Of a stretch of 64,000 nucleotides of DNA, positions 1 to 9,477 are shown piece by piece. Source of the stretch: a virus. Lineage: Duplodnaviria > Heunggongvirae > Uroviricota > Caudoviricetes. A program made the position numbers and the translations under genes. The notes below the pieces were generated by a model. The model saw only the letters and a program-made list of their open reading frames with translations, had not been told where the DNA came from and ran no database searches. The stretch is taken from IMG/VR virus record IMGVR_UViG_3300026549_001501, positions 35,348 to 99,347 of that record. The stretch is one strand, 5' to 3'. The first letter of the stretch is position 1, and each line of letters begins with the position of its first letter.

Positions 1-68
1 GCATTTCAGTTCTCATTGCATTCCTGCAAGCAATTATACTTTCACGAAGGTCATATACCTTCACATTT

Positions 69-341
69 TTAATTTCTAGCATTCTTTCTATATTTTATTA
101 TTAATGCGAAAATTATAACAGACAAAATAAATTCAGAGACATACATGATAAACAATTCGGGACGTTTCAACAGTATAGAATAAACCGTACCGCAAGCCGT
201 TGAAAACAGCCATATCGACCACGAGGTAATGCTCAAATCTTTCGAATATTTTGTCTTAATTAGCGTAATAATTTGGGGAATATACCCAATGTAAGCACAT
301 ACGGTTATAATCCCCATTAACGCTGAAAGAATAAAATCCAT
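69..341 (-). CDS. small hydrophobic (membrane) protein, 90 aa
   Basis: ORF with two or three hydrophobic segments. No recognisable motif. Confidence 0.35.
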   Translation of the reverse strand: MDFILSALMGIITVCAYIGYIPQIITLIKTKYSKDLSITSWSIWLFSTACGTVYSILLKRPELFIMYVSEFILSVIIFALIIKYRKNARN

Positions 342-955
342 TATTCTCCGTATTTTTCCTTGATTGCTTCTTTAACCTCTTCTCCCGGCTCAGGAATTTT
401 CATTTCTTCCCTGATTTGCTGAAGTTTATCCTTTATATTATCAGAATCAAAAATATCCGAAATTGCATCCTCAGGTTTGTCGTAGTCTGGATTGAGGATA
501 TCAGTCACTTTCTTGTCAAGTTTCTCCATTGCTGCATTCCACCTGTCGTCGGCATCGTCAGAAAGCTCCTCTACGTCCGCATAGTCTGTTTTTTCCTCGT
601 CAGAAATCTCGTCCCAATTAACGTTCTCCTCCTCAGTAAGCCAAGGAAGGTCAAAATCCTTAAATTTCTGCTCCTGCCAATTGATGAGCTCCCAATCGTC
701 GCTGAGCATATCAGTCTGACTTGCAACCCAACCTGTTAGAATCTTATTGTCGGCAGTTTTCATGCAGATGGTGCCGAGTGCCTTTATTTCACCTCCGTTC
801 TCGTGTGCAATTTCCTTAAGGATAGGATCCTTGCACCATTCTTCCTTTATTACCGTCGCGGGCTTGAGCCATAGGAACATGCCTTTACCGTTCCAACCCC
901 TTCGTAGCACTTTCTCTCCGTGTTTAAGTGCCTCTAATGCTTCACTGAAATTCAT
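341..955 (-). CDS. DUF2829 (Tad2-like) domain protein with long acidic C-terminal tail
   Basis: The N-terminus (MNFSEALEALKHGEKVLRRGWNGKGMFL) matches my recollection of the DUF2829 signature seen in Thoeris anti-defence Tad2 proteins. The C-terminal half is strongly D/E-rich. Confidence 0.45.
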   Translation of the reverse strand: MNFSEALEALKHGEKVLRRGWNGKGMFLWLKPATVIKEEWCKDPILKEIAHENGGEIKALGTICMKTADNKILTGWVASQTDMLSDDWELINWQEQKFKDFDLPWLTEEENVNWDEISDEEKTDYADVEELSDDADDRWNAAMEKLDKKVTDILNPDYDKPEDAISDIFDSDNIKDKLQQIREEMKIPEPGEEVKEAIKEKYGE

Positions 956-977
956 TTTTTAATTTGTTTTTACCGTA

Positions 978-2138
978 TTATTTTCTGAACGAACCATCTC
1001 CCGACAGGTTGATAATCAGTTCTGTGTTTTCTCTCATTTCTTCTATTGTCCTGCAGCCAGTATACGACATGCAACTTCTCATATAAGAAGCCATATTGTC
1101 CGCCCACTTAGCGATAGGGTATTCCACAGGAATTGGACGTGCAATTCCTTCAGCCGTAACGTCGCCCTTTCCGCCCGTTTTCTTCTGTGCGAGCTTCGTA
1201 CTCATTCCATAGTAAAGGCGATATGGCTTTCTTTGCGATAGTTTACGGTATGCAACCCAATATTCGTTATCGTCAGTACCCCAATATAAGTCGCTACGCT
1301 CCTTGAGCTCCGCCAACTTCTCTGCATATTCCTCTGCGGGAATCGCATCTGCCATATTGAGGTTGTCTGGGTGAAGGAATACAATTGGCTCACATGCTTC
1401 CTGAGCCTTAGCAAAAATACTACCGCTCATAACAGCCCAAGCGCCAAGTGCAATACACTTCTGAATGTCGTCGAAATTTGAAATTCCTCCGTCGACTATG
1501 ATATTTGTTCTTGATTTTCTGTCATGAGATTGATCCCAATCTTCCTTTTCCATACGAAGCCTGTCTACGAGCGTGGCAGTTGGATAATGCACGCCAACAT
1601 TACAGGACGTAGTACAACGGCTTCCCGTTCCAACACAGGCACGCATAAAGTCTATCTCGTAGTTTTCGTAGAATGCATATGCGAACGGATTTGCGACATT
1701 TCCTGTCATGATAACGATATTGTCGCCGAATATCGCCTTGAGATTTTTACACACTGAATAAAGACACTGCATTGTTCCGTGTGCGATGTCGATACAAATG
1801 AAATGACGTTTATCTTTCTTCATATCGAGATGGTCGGCAAGATAACGAGCCTCAGCCAACGAAAATGAGGCAAACGTCTCTTCGCTAATTTTGATTCGCG
1901 TTTGATAATCTACAGTCCTTGGTACAACACAAAGGAAATTGTTGTCAAGCCATACCTTGTAGTTTTCTTCATTGGTGACAGCCCCCATCGGAGAAACTAT
2001 TACTGGGTAAGCCTTTTTACCGTAGAAGTCAATCATAGGGTCGCATTCAGCCCTGTGCTCAATGTCTGAAACGGGAGCCTGAATAATGTGAATACTTTCA
2101 AGCTCATAACCAACCTGTGTAAGTTTACTTTTCGCCAT
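978..2138 (-). CDS. IMPDH/GMP reductase family protein (GMP reductase-like; no CBS domains)
   Basis: The catalytic-loop-like segment is CVGTGSRCTT. IIVDGGI...MSGSIFA matches the IMPDH/GMPR TIM-barrel phosphate-binding segment. At 392 aa it lacks the CBS insert. The start is trimmed to MAKSKL to avoid overlapping the upstream gene. Confidence 0.55.
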   Translation of the reverse strand: MAKSKLTQVGYELESIHIIQAPVSDIEHRAECDPMIDFYGKKAYPVIVSPMGAVTNEENYKVWLDNNFLCVVPRTVDYQTRIKISEETFASFSLAEARYLADHLDMKKDKRHFICIDIAHGTMQCLYSVCKNLKAIFGDNIVIMTGNVANPFAYAFYENYEIDFMRACVGTGSRCTTSCNVGVHYPTATLVDRLRMEKEDWDQSHDRKSRTNIIVDGGISNFDDIQKCIALGAWAVMSGSIFAKAQEACEPIVFLHPDNLNMADAIPAEEYAEKLAELKERSDLYWGTDDNEYWVAYRKLSQRKPYRLYYGMSTKLAQKKTGGKGDVTAEGIARPIPVEYPIAKWADNMASYMRSCMSYTGCRTIEEMRENTELIINLSGDGSFRK

Positions 2139-2994
2139 TACTAATATAATTTTCAAATTTTGAAATTGTTGTGTTCAAGTCCTCTGTTAGTAGGCTTTGT
2201 ACCTTTTCTCTGTATCCATCAGGAATGCCGTAATATGCGGCGGCAAGGGCGCAAGCCATATCGGCAATAGTATCGCTATCTCCGCCAATCCAAATAGCCT
2301 TTTTGAATACATCGTCGAATGAATCCCCTTCAAGGAATGCGATTATTGCCTCAGGAACCGTAACCTGACAGGTTGCATCGAACTTATGAGAGCCGTGAAT
2401 TTCGTCCACAGTCTTGCTCAAATCATAGCCAAAATTACGCTCTATGTCTTGCTTGAGATATTCTTTGTCGGGGTATCCGCAAAGTGTGCTCCAAATTGCA
2501 TAGCATAATGCCTGTGCACCCTTTATACCCTCTGGGTGATTGTGTGTAACCGCCGCAGACTGTTTAGCCAACTCCATGAGCTCATCGTAACTTTCGGCAA
2601 CACAAGCGCAAGCACTGCAACGCATTGCCGCGCCATTTCCGAATGAATTCATTGGTTCCTTGTTCTTCATAGCAAGCCACTCACGGAAAATGTGCCCATA
2701 TCCTGCGTTTGGATGAGCCTTTCCGTATTTGTCGAGCCTGTCTTTTAAAATCTGTTCTTGATCTTCCGTCGTTCCGTTCTTTCCGTCAACAAGCCATTCT
2801 GCAATGGCGCAACTAAGAACGGTATCGTCAGTAAATCGACTCGGAGAATCGAAACTCAGCTTAATTTCTTGCTTGGTCTTAGCATTGTGCCATTCATAAC
2901 CGCTTCCACAAACGTCTCCGATAATAGCTCCAATTAGCGGGTCAATTGTCTTTGTAACAGTTTTTATTGTTGAAATATTGTCAAATTTTGCCAT
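2125..2994 (-). CDS. ADP-ribosylglycohydrolase family protein
   Basis: It has the N-terminal GAIIGDVCGSGYEW motif (GDAlG-type) and the C-terminal GGDSDTIADMACALAAAYYG motif typical of ARH/DraG hydrolases. Confidence 0.6.
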   Translation of the reverse strand: MAKFDNISTIKTVTKTIDPLIGAIIGDVCGSGYEWHNAKTKQEIKLSFDSPSRFTDDTVLSCAIAEWLVDGKNGTTEDQEQILKDRLDKYGKAHPNAGYGHIFREWLAMKNKEPMNSFGNGAAMRCSACACVAESYDELMELAKQSAAVTHNHPEGIKGAQALCYAIWSTLCGYPDKEYLKQDIERNFGYDLSKTVDEIHGSHKFDATCQVTVPEAIIAFLEGDSFDDVFKKAIWIGGDSDTIADMACALAAAYYGIPDGYREKVQSLLTEDLNTTISKFENYISNGEK

Positions 2995-2996
2995 AT

Positions 2997-3620
2997 TTAG
3001 CTCTTTATATATTCTGCAAATTGTTTTAGCGAATCAAATCTTGTGGCAGTTTTACAGTTAGAGATTTCAAGAATTTTGTCAAGGGCAGCGTCGCTTGTAC
3101 TAACTTCCTCTCCGTTCTCGTTGTATTGTTTTATACCGATGTTGTATGGCGCAGTAATGAGAACCGCATTTTCTGAATGTGAACCCATGAAATTGCTGAT
3201 ATTATCGTCAACAAAATAATCGCACCTGAAGAGCCCCTTGTCCTTGAGGAAGCAAACATCGTCGCACATTAGCTTATTTCGGCAAAGCCATTCAATCGTA
3301 TGCAGCTTGTTCTCGCAGCTCCTTTGGTAAGTTACAATAACCACCTTTCCAAACTGCTTAAGAATTCGCATTGCCCACTGCACGCCTTTGATAGGCTTAG
3401 AATCCCTGAATAGTTCTTCGCTATGACAGTCAAAAAACCATTCGGCGGCAGGGATTCCTGTTTCAGTGTAAATTCTCGGGAAAGACACGTCGACATTGAA
3501 GTCTTTAATATCTTCCACCCTTTTATTGTCGCCAATCTCAGCATTGTATATACGAACCATATCCTTCAAACTATCTCGAAGAACACCGTCGCAGTCTATT
3601 CCGAAAATTAAATCTTTCAT
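2997..3620 (-). CDS. HAD-superfamily 5'(3')-deoxyribonucleotidase-like phosphatase
   Basis: It has the N-terminal DxDGVL motif (IFGIDCDGVL), as in cytosolic deoxynucleotidases, followed by a later FVDDN segment. Confidence 0.5.
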   Translation of the reverse strand: MKDLIFGIDCDGVLRDSLKDMVRIYNAEIGDNKRVEDIKDFNVDVSFPRIYTETGIPAAEWFFDCHSEELFRDSKPIKGVQWAMRILKQFGKVVIVTYQRSCENKLHTIEWLCRNKLMCDDVCFLKDKGLFRCDYFVDDNISNFMGSHSENAVLITAPYNIGIKQYNENGEEVSTSDAALDKILEISNCKTATRFDSLKQFAEYIKS

Positions 3621-3904
3621 TATTCGTCTGTAATGCCGGGAATTGGATAAAGGATAATCGGCGCCATTGCCCCGGCGTATGGAATGGCACGCTCCGTATT
3701 ATAAGAAATAAAGTCAATCGCATCCTCCTCCGTCATGCCGTCGGTTTCTACGAGGTGCGTGATCATTTTATCGTATGAATAAACAACCCTGCCATCTTCT
3801 GTCATTCCCACTATCGCGGAAACATAATCGGGGTTCTCGAATACTACACTTTCGTCATGCTCAAGCTCGTGCAGTGTCTCTTTTACATCATTTACTGTTA
3901 TCAT
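3620..3904 (-). CDS. hypothetical protein, 94 aa
   Basis: ORF in an operon-like minus-strand run. No motif. Confidence 0.4.
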   Translation of the reverse strand: MITVNDVKETLHELEHDESVVFENPDYVSAIVGMTEDGRVVYSYDKMITHLVETDGMTEEDAIDFISYNTERAIPYAGAMAPIILYPIPGITDE

Positions 3905-4374
3905 TTTACTAAAATGTCTTTTACGTCTTTATATAAGTCCCAAAGGCTATCTTCATTTATTTCATCACCACTGTATTGCTCACTTTTATCGGTTATAATA
4001 TAAAGAATATCTTTGAATACCTTTCCTTCCTCAAAAATGTCGGTATATCCTATTTCTTCTATCTTAACAACGCGGTATATTTCACCCTCTGTCCATCCAT
4101 GTGCCCCATATATATCGTTCACGCTTATTTGAGCGTCAACATTGCTGCCCAAATATATGCTAGTGCACCCTGTTTTCTTGAGCAAGCCAATAAGCCTGTT
4201 CTTTATTTCAGTACCAACATTTGAGACAATTTCAAAAATTTCCTTGTCAGTACATTTTCCTAAAAATTCTTTAACATCTTTCATACGAGCCAAATATACA
4301 AAAAACCGCGAATTTCTTCGCGGCTTAAAGTATGAAATTCTCATGAATATCAAAGGACGCATATTTGTAGCCAT
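3901..4374 (-). CDS. hypothetical protein, 157 aa
   Basis: ORF whose stop/start overlaps its neighbours, consistent with an operon. Confidence 0.4.
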   Translation of the reverse strand: MATNMRPLIFMRISYFKPRRNSRFFVYLARMKDVKEFLGKCTDKEIFEIVSNVGTEIKNRLIGLLKKTGCTSIYLGSNVDAQISVNDIYGAHGWTEGEIYRVVKIEEIGYTDIFEEGKVFKDILYIITDKSEQYSGDEINEDSLWDLYKDVKDILVK

Positions 4375-5245
4375 CCTCGGGCGGGGATTGATTTTCTAAG
4401 AAACGTTTTGTCTTGAGTGCTTTCTCATATGTACCAAATACTCCGATTAACTCACTTCCTTCCGTGGTATCGTGTCCATCATCAATTACCATTTCGTAAT
4501 TTCCGATAAGGGGATAACAAACGTCAGGGCGATATCCGTAATCCTCGATAATCAATGGCTCGTGAGTTGGATTATAATCCTCGTCCATTATAGAGACATT
4601 TGCCATTTTAATTCCGTCTACCTCTTCAAGATTGTGGTTTCCGCTATGGATATGCCCACAGAAATAGTACTTTGGCTTTACACGCTTAAGGTGCTGCGCA
4701 AGTGCCACATTTCCTGCGTTTTCTCCCTTGTACCAACCCATTTGGATTAGTCCGAGATTGTTAATGTCCGCGGCGTCATGAGTGACTAAGATATCAATGC
4801 CCTCGGGTATTACCGAATAATACTTTTCAAGATTCTCCCTCATAAAAGCCCAACTTCCGAACACCTTGCAATACGGACAGCCAAATATCTTTATTGACTT
4901 CATTTCATTTACTTCAAAATATTCGAAAGTGTATTCTTCATTATCAAGATAAACGAGACGATTATCCTTTATATGAGAAAGCCACTCCTGTTTTCTTGTT
5001 TTTGAAATGCCCTCAAAATAGCCGTCATGATTACCCGCAATCATAACGACACGACTGAACACATTTCTGCATGGAAGCGAATTTATCCACGTTGAAAATG
5101 TGCCGTTAAGCCAATCTTCCTGAAAATGCCTATTGTGATTAGTAACAGGGCATACGTCCCCTCCGATAATCAATAAGTCGAAATCGGGCAACTCAGGCAA
5201 ATGCCCGTGTAAATCAGATATTACTATAATTCTCATTAATCCCAA
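4325..5245 (-). CDS. calcineurin-like metallophosphoesterase
   Basis: Motifs DLHGH, GGDV, GNHD and GHIH are present. Confidence 0.6.
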   Translation of the reverse strand: MGLMRIIVISDLHGHLPELPDFDLLIIGGDVCPVTNHNRHFQEDWLNGTFSTWINSLPCRNVFSRVVMIAGNHDGYFEGISKTRKQEWLSHIKDNRLVYLDNEEYTFEYFEVNEMKSIKIFGCPYCKVFGSWAFMRENLEKYYSVIPEGIDILVTHDAADINNLGLIQMGWYKGENAGNVALAQHLKRVKPKYYFCGHIHSGNHNLEEVDGIKMANVSIMDEDYNPTHEPLIIEDYGYRPDVCYPLIGNYEMVIDDGHDTTEGSELIGVFGTYEKALKTKRFLENQSPPEDGYKYASFDIHENFIL

Positions 5246-5481
5246 AAATTTTTACAATCTAATTCCTCTTTCCACATAGTATCTTCTGAGGTTGGGTAAA
5301 ATGGGCATGTTTCAGGGTTTCTGAAATTGTCACAATTAACACAATATCTTTCGAAGTCATACCTATCGACTACCTCAGGGCCCTTTTCTTTATCACTTAC
5401 TCTCTTGCTGAGCTTCTGCCCGAGCTTCCCATGATGGAGTCTCTTCTTACTGCCATCAACGTCCTTATTGTTTTTACCCAT
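5236..5481 (-). CDS. small Cys-containing protein, 81 aa
   Basis: ORF with a CVNCDNF...CPF segment (possible zinc ribbon). It lies just upstream of the first tRNA. Confidence 0.3.
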   Translation of the reverse strand: MGKNNKDVDGSKKRLHHGKLGQKLSKRVSDKEKGPEVVDRYDFERYCVNCDNFRNPETCPFYPTSEDTMWKEELDCKNFWD

Positions 5482-5500
5482 AATATAAAAATTAGAAGTG

Positions 5501-5675
5501 TGCCCACGACAGGATTCGAACCTGTGACCGACGGATTAGCGCGTAAACTACGCTTCGAACGTAAACAGAGCTACATGCATGTACTCAACCCCGCTTTCTC
5601 CCATAATACGCGTGTTCGTCTCGGTGAACAATACCGTATGAAATCCGTTGCTCTATCCAACTGAGCTACGTGGGC
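5501..5675 (-). tRNA. tRNA-Arg(TCT) interrupted by a ~101-nt intervening sequence (about 5540..5640) inside the anticodon, after T34
   Basis: The 5' half (GCCCACG-TAGCTCAGTTGGATAGAGC-ACGGA-TTT) and 3' half (CTAA-TCCGT...ACAGGTTCGAATCCTGT-CGTGGGC) have 7/7 acceptor complementarity. The body closely resembles E. coli tRNA-Arg(UCU). The insert carries a GGGAGAAAG box and a 3'-proximal TACGTTCGAAGCGTA hairpin. Confidence 0.55.
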
Positions 5676-5950
5676 AAATTTTTCTATCGTCCCTGTCCGC
5701 GATAGGGCTTCACATAATTCTTTGAAGTCTTATTCTTTGAAATAACTCCCGGACGCTTTTTGTGTAACTTTACTAACATAATACAAATATAATTATTTTT
5801 CTTTCTTTTCCAAAATTCTTTCGTTTATCCAATCTTTTGCCTCGAGGATACTATGGAATAAATGAGGACCGTCGCTCAGGTTTATAACCTTGAACAGCCT
5901 TCTATGCTCTATCTTATATCCCTTATAATATGTAATTTCAATCTTTGGCA

Positions 5951-6799
5951 TTAGACACAATGTATATCCTTAAAATAAACTATATTCTCGTCTTCGTAAC
6001 TTTCAACAGTAACTTCGTACTTAATGAAGTCAATGAGGCTGTCGCTTGTAAATCCAACGAGAACAACCGTACTTCTATCACAGGCGTATCCGTGCTCTAT
6101 ATCGGATTTAATTTGACCGCCATCTCTAACGATGGTATATGAACGAAGCACGTGTTCCTTTTTCTTCTTCGGAATTTGCTTATTTGTCACTACTTCCCAT
6201 TCAAAATCATCAATTTCATGGTCAAAATCCATAAAGAATAATTTTCCCAACGGCGGTGATAACGGGCACGGTTCTATTTTTGTAAGCTTGCCGATTTTAC
6301 GAACCCAATCCCTCGAAGTGTTCCGTCCATGTAAATAACTATCCTTATATTCCCCTTTCCATAGGTTTCCTGTGAATTTTTTGTTCTTGATATCGTACTC
6401 CATTTCGACGAATATATGCTTTTCGTCAGGAGTGTCGTCGTTATATTCTACGCGGTATGTAATACCTTCATGAGTGTACTTATCTAAATTATCGTAATTT
6501 CCACAACAGAACATTTGCGTCATTGCGGGCCATTCTATCCCGTCAGGAGTTTTTCTCTTCTCATCGCAGGCTGCCTTGATCTTATCAAAAAGCGGAATCA
6601 GACGAGGCTCATTAATTTCTTGAAATTTACCTTTAAATTTTACAGGTATCTTATTGAGAGCCTTATCTATTGCTTTCTGACATTCAGCACAGTAATCCAT
6701 GCTGCACCCTTCCTCAGTGCCATACTCAGGACCATTTCCGTAGGTGCAATAGGTGTATTCCCTCTGACAGTGCTTACAGCGTAAAATTAGATGTTGCAT
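5951..6799 (-). CDS. hypothetical protein with N-terminal Cys cluster, 282 aa
   Basis: Long ORF with N-terminal CxxC...CxxC pairs. No other motif. Confidence 0.5.
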   Translation of the reverse strand: MQHLILRCKHCQREYTYCTYGNGPEYGTEEGCSMDYCAECQKAIDKALNKIPVKFKGKFQEINEPRLIPLFDKIKAACDEKRKTPDGIEWPAMTQMFCCGNYDNLDKYTHEGITYRVEYNDDTPDEKHIFVEMEYDIKNKKFTGNLWKGEYKDSYLHGRNTSRDWVRKIGKLTKIEPCPLSPPLGKLFFMDFDHEIDDFEWEVVTNKQIPKKKKEHVLRSYTIVRDGGQIKSDIEHGYACDRSTVVLVGFTSDSLIDFIKYEVTVESYEDENIVYFKDIHCV

Positions 6800-6980
6800 T
6801 GTGTTGTTTTCTTTTTAAAAATTCACAAAATAGCATCGTTGCGGCGAATTTAGTTTTTTTCTTTGCGGCTTTGAACTTATTTTTATCAATTGTTCTTTCA
6901 CGATGCTCTTCCAATTTCTCAAATAACCGTATCATAGTAATAATTTATGAACATTCTATTCAAATATACTAAAAAAATGC

Positions 6981-7020
6981 AAAAAACCCGCCAGGTGGGA
7001 ACCTAACGGGCATTTTTTTG
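6981..7020. terminator. bidirectional intrinsic terminator-like hairpin
   Basis: AAAAAACCCGCC-loop-GGGCATTTTTTT: a stem flanked by an A-run and a T-run. Confidence 0.45.
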
Positions 7021-7549
7021 CCGCTTATTGCATCGCTGCGACTGGGGAACTACGGTTGTTCGGAGCATCTTGTCCCCCAAGACAAGACTCTGTACGTAGA
7101 TTACACTACCTTTGGAATCCTAAGATTCTTTACAAGGTTTTACCCTCCTGTTGGCAAGACGCTTCTCTGGTGGTTTATGAATTATATCCACATTAGCCGA
7201 CACGCGGCTCAGTACAAGACTCACGAGCAACCCAACACTAATTATTGGCGCCGTTGGTTTCATACCCTTGTCAGGGATTGCCTCGCTACTACTTGGCAAG
7301 TTCCTTCCTCAAGGAAAGGATGAAGCGGGACGTTTTTACAAGACGTCGTACTTGTTGAAAACTGTTCAGACATTGCACTATCGCACTTTCCGCAGTTGGA
7401 TGTCGTACCGCCGAAGCGATAAAGCTTATCTGTGCATAACAACCTCCCGTTTATTATGACGGGCGTGCTCCCCGAACAATTATATTTCAAATTTACAAAT
7501 CTCCTTTGGAAAAGTGTATATTTTCAGTTAAATTTCCTTTGGAAAAGCG

Positions 7550-8332
7550 TTAATTATTTTTTATGTCATTGATAGTAAGTTTTTTACGGTGAAACCTTTT
7601 ACTATCTTTATTTAATGAGCCAAAATTAGGTGTTAAACTATGGCAATTCGGGCAAAGTAATTGCAGATTTTCAAGTTTGTTGTTTGTGCAATCACCGTCT
7701 ATATGGTGTACTTCTAAAGGTATTTTTCCTGTAGTTTCATTCTTTTTTCCCCACCCGCATTTTTCACATTTGTTATTATGTATTTTTAGAAGATATTTTT
7801 TTATAAACTCAGGTAATTGCCCTCCTGCTCCTCTTGTAAAATTTTCTCCTTGCAGCCATCGTTCAATTTTCTTTTTTCTTTCATATTCTATATGGCAAGT
7901 ATTACTACAAAATTGTCCACGTTTTATTGGTTTCCCGCAATTAGCGCATTTTTTATTGATTTCTTCTTCAATAAGGTTTCCGCCAAGGGACTTAGATATT
8001 TTTATTCTTGTTTCTAAAGAACGCGGCCCTCGTATTACATTGTTATATTTCGCGGCGCAAGAAGAAGAACAAAATTTATTAAACCTTTGTTCATACGTAA
8101 GTTTTTTACCACACGTCTCGCAATATCTCGGTTTTTTTTCGTACTCTTCTCTTGTAATCCTATTTTTATAATACTTTCCGTCTATTCCGGCTTGTTTTTT
8201 AATCTTTTCTATGAAACGCCAAGATGCACCATTATTCTTTCTGCCAAAATATCTTATTACTTCAAGTTCTGAATTACATTGTTCAAATGCTTTTAATATC
8301 TCCGCAGTTGTTATGCTATTTTTTTCTTTCAT
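7550..8332 (-). CDS. HNH homing endonuclease with repeated Zn-finger modules
   Basis: C-terminal HNH motif (VHHIDGDCTNN...LCPNCH). There are three KFCSSSCAAKYNN-type Cys modules. It sits between tRNA genes. Confidence 0.7.
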   Translation of the reverse strand: MKEKNSITTAEILKAFEQCNSELEVIRYFGRKNNGASWRFIEKIKKQAGIDGKYYKNRITREEYEKKPRYCETCGKKLTYEQRFNKFCSSSCAAKYNNVIRGPRSLETRIKISKSLGGNLIEEEINKKCANCGKPIKRGQFCSNTCHIEYERKKKIERWLQGENFTRGAGGQLPEFIKKYLLKIHNNKCEKCGWGKKNETTGKIPLEVHHIDGDCTNNKLENLQLLCPNCHSLTPNFGSLNKDSKRFHRKKLTINDIKNN

Positions 8333-8400
8333 ATTTTTCCCTTTTATTAATAAATATATAAAAGGGAGAAAAAATCAAGCCGAACGTACATTTTTTCTTA

Positions 8401-8475
8401 GGGTGAGTAGTCAGGTTCGAACTGACATAAACCACATCCACAGTGTGGCCCCTAAACCATTCGGGCATACTCACC
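8401..8475 (-). tRNA. tRNA-His(GTG)
   Basis: Cloverleaf with acceptor GGTGAGT/ACTCACC, anticodon stem CCACA/TGTGG, loop CTGTGGA, T-loop TTCGAAC and discriminator C. Confidence 0.7.
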
Positions 8476-8941
8476 ATATAAACAGACTTTCAGTTATACG
8501 TATGCTGCCCGTCTGTCGTGGGCCCACGCATGGGTTCCTATTCGTTTCGCGGCTTGTCCATGAGCCGTCATAGCACATATGACTGAATTTTGCTATGCTT
8601 TTACCCCCTTTTGAAAAGCCTTTTCGGCTGGGTTTCAGTCGGTCAATTACCTGCAGTTCAGTGCCCTTATTGTTGCCTTACTCCCTGAATGATTGGAACA
8701 TTTCTGTCGAACGCCCATACGGGGCTTACATGCCTAGATAACCGCCACTTTACATGGACGCCGTGGGAGGATAACTTTCATTTGCAACCACGGCATTCGT
8801 CTGCCAATCTTTTTACTGCATATGTCTCAACGCTCAATGTGGTAATGCGCACTTCCGCAAATTTTACAGTCGGTGTTTTACTCTCATAAACTATCTCCTT
8901 ATTCGGACTCTGCAGACTTGAACACGCTTCTCCGACTTGTA

Positions 8942-9013
8942 GCGTTGTCTTGAGCGGTAGAGGAGGCTCGAACTCCCAACCTTCTGCATGGCAAGCAGAC
9001 TATCTACCATTGA
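8942..9013 (-). tRNA. tRNA-Gly(GCC)
   Basis: GCGGTAG...TCTGC-TTGCCAT-GCAGA...GGGAGTTCGAGCCTCC-CTACCGC-T. Confidence 0.8.
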
Positions 9014-9144
9014 TATACTACCGCATAATACTTCTTTTATACTAACCCCAGAGAAGTATAGAACTGTGCCAACCTACGATTTGGAGGAATAGTATGCTTC
9101 TTCGAGAGAGGCCTTTCCCATCTTCGTTCCCGCCGCGGTACGGG

Positions 9145-9387
9145 CTAATCTCCTTCTTTTAACGTCTTCTCCCGCTTAACTATTTTTAACCCATCATTGA
9201 TACGTTCAAGCCATTTTTCCTTGTCGGGAAGTTCAGTATCTTTCAATACATCCTTGAAACCATTTAACAATCTTTCATTATTTTCGCACGCTTCTATAGA
9301 AACAAGTGAATCTGCGCTGATCAAATTTACATAAAAAAAATCAAGCTGCCCTGTGTTAAATAATTGATTAATGAATAAAGGCGTCAT
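9145..9387 (-). CDS. hypothetical small protein (start moved to an internal Met because the long ORF overlaps tRNA-Gly)
   Basis: The 5' part of ORF 9145..9462 is occupied by tRNA-Gly(TCC). The internal start is at MTPLFINQ. Confidence 0.3.
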   Translation of the reverse strand: MTPLFINQLFNTGQLDFFYVNLISADSLVSIEACENNERLLNGFKDVLKDTELPDKEKWLERINDGLKIVKREKTLKEGD

Positions 9388-9404
9388 AAAATTATTTTTT
9401 TTAG

Positions 9405-9477
9405 AGCGGGAAACGGGGCTCAAACCCGCGACCTGGAGCTTGGAAGGCTCCCGCTCTATCAACTGAGCTATTCCCGC
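9405..9477 (-). tRNA. tRNA-Gly(TCC)
   Basis: GCGGGAA-TA-GCTCAGTTGATAGAGC-G-GGAGC-CTTCCAA-GCTCC...GCGGGTTTGAGCCCCGT-TTCCCGC-T. Confidence 0.8.

Noticed and set aside
2997-3620. Polynucleotide kinase-phosphatase (tRNA repair) role for the HAD proteins
   Set aside because: A DxDG(V/T) motif is present, but no kinase P-loop domain and no RNA ligase were found. Plain nucleotidase or phosphatase is more parsimonious.
5431-5664. 77-aa plus-strand ORF, with many similar short ORFs across 8200..19600 (for example 8211..8573, 10798..10980, 11128..11370, 12180..12631, 13323..13583, 14342..14728, 14797..15060, 15559..15825, 16690..17865)
   Set aside because: They lie on top of tRNA, tmRNA or structured-RNA sequence. 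They overlap one another on both strands and have no coding features. They are treated as spurious.
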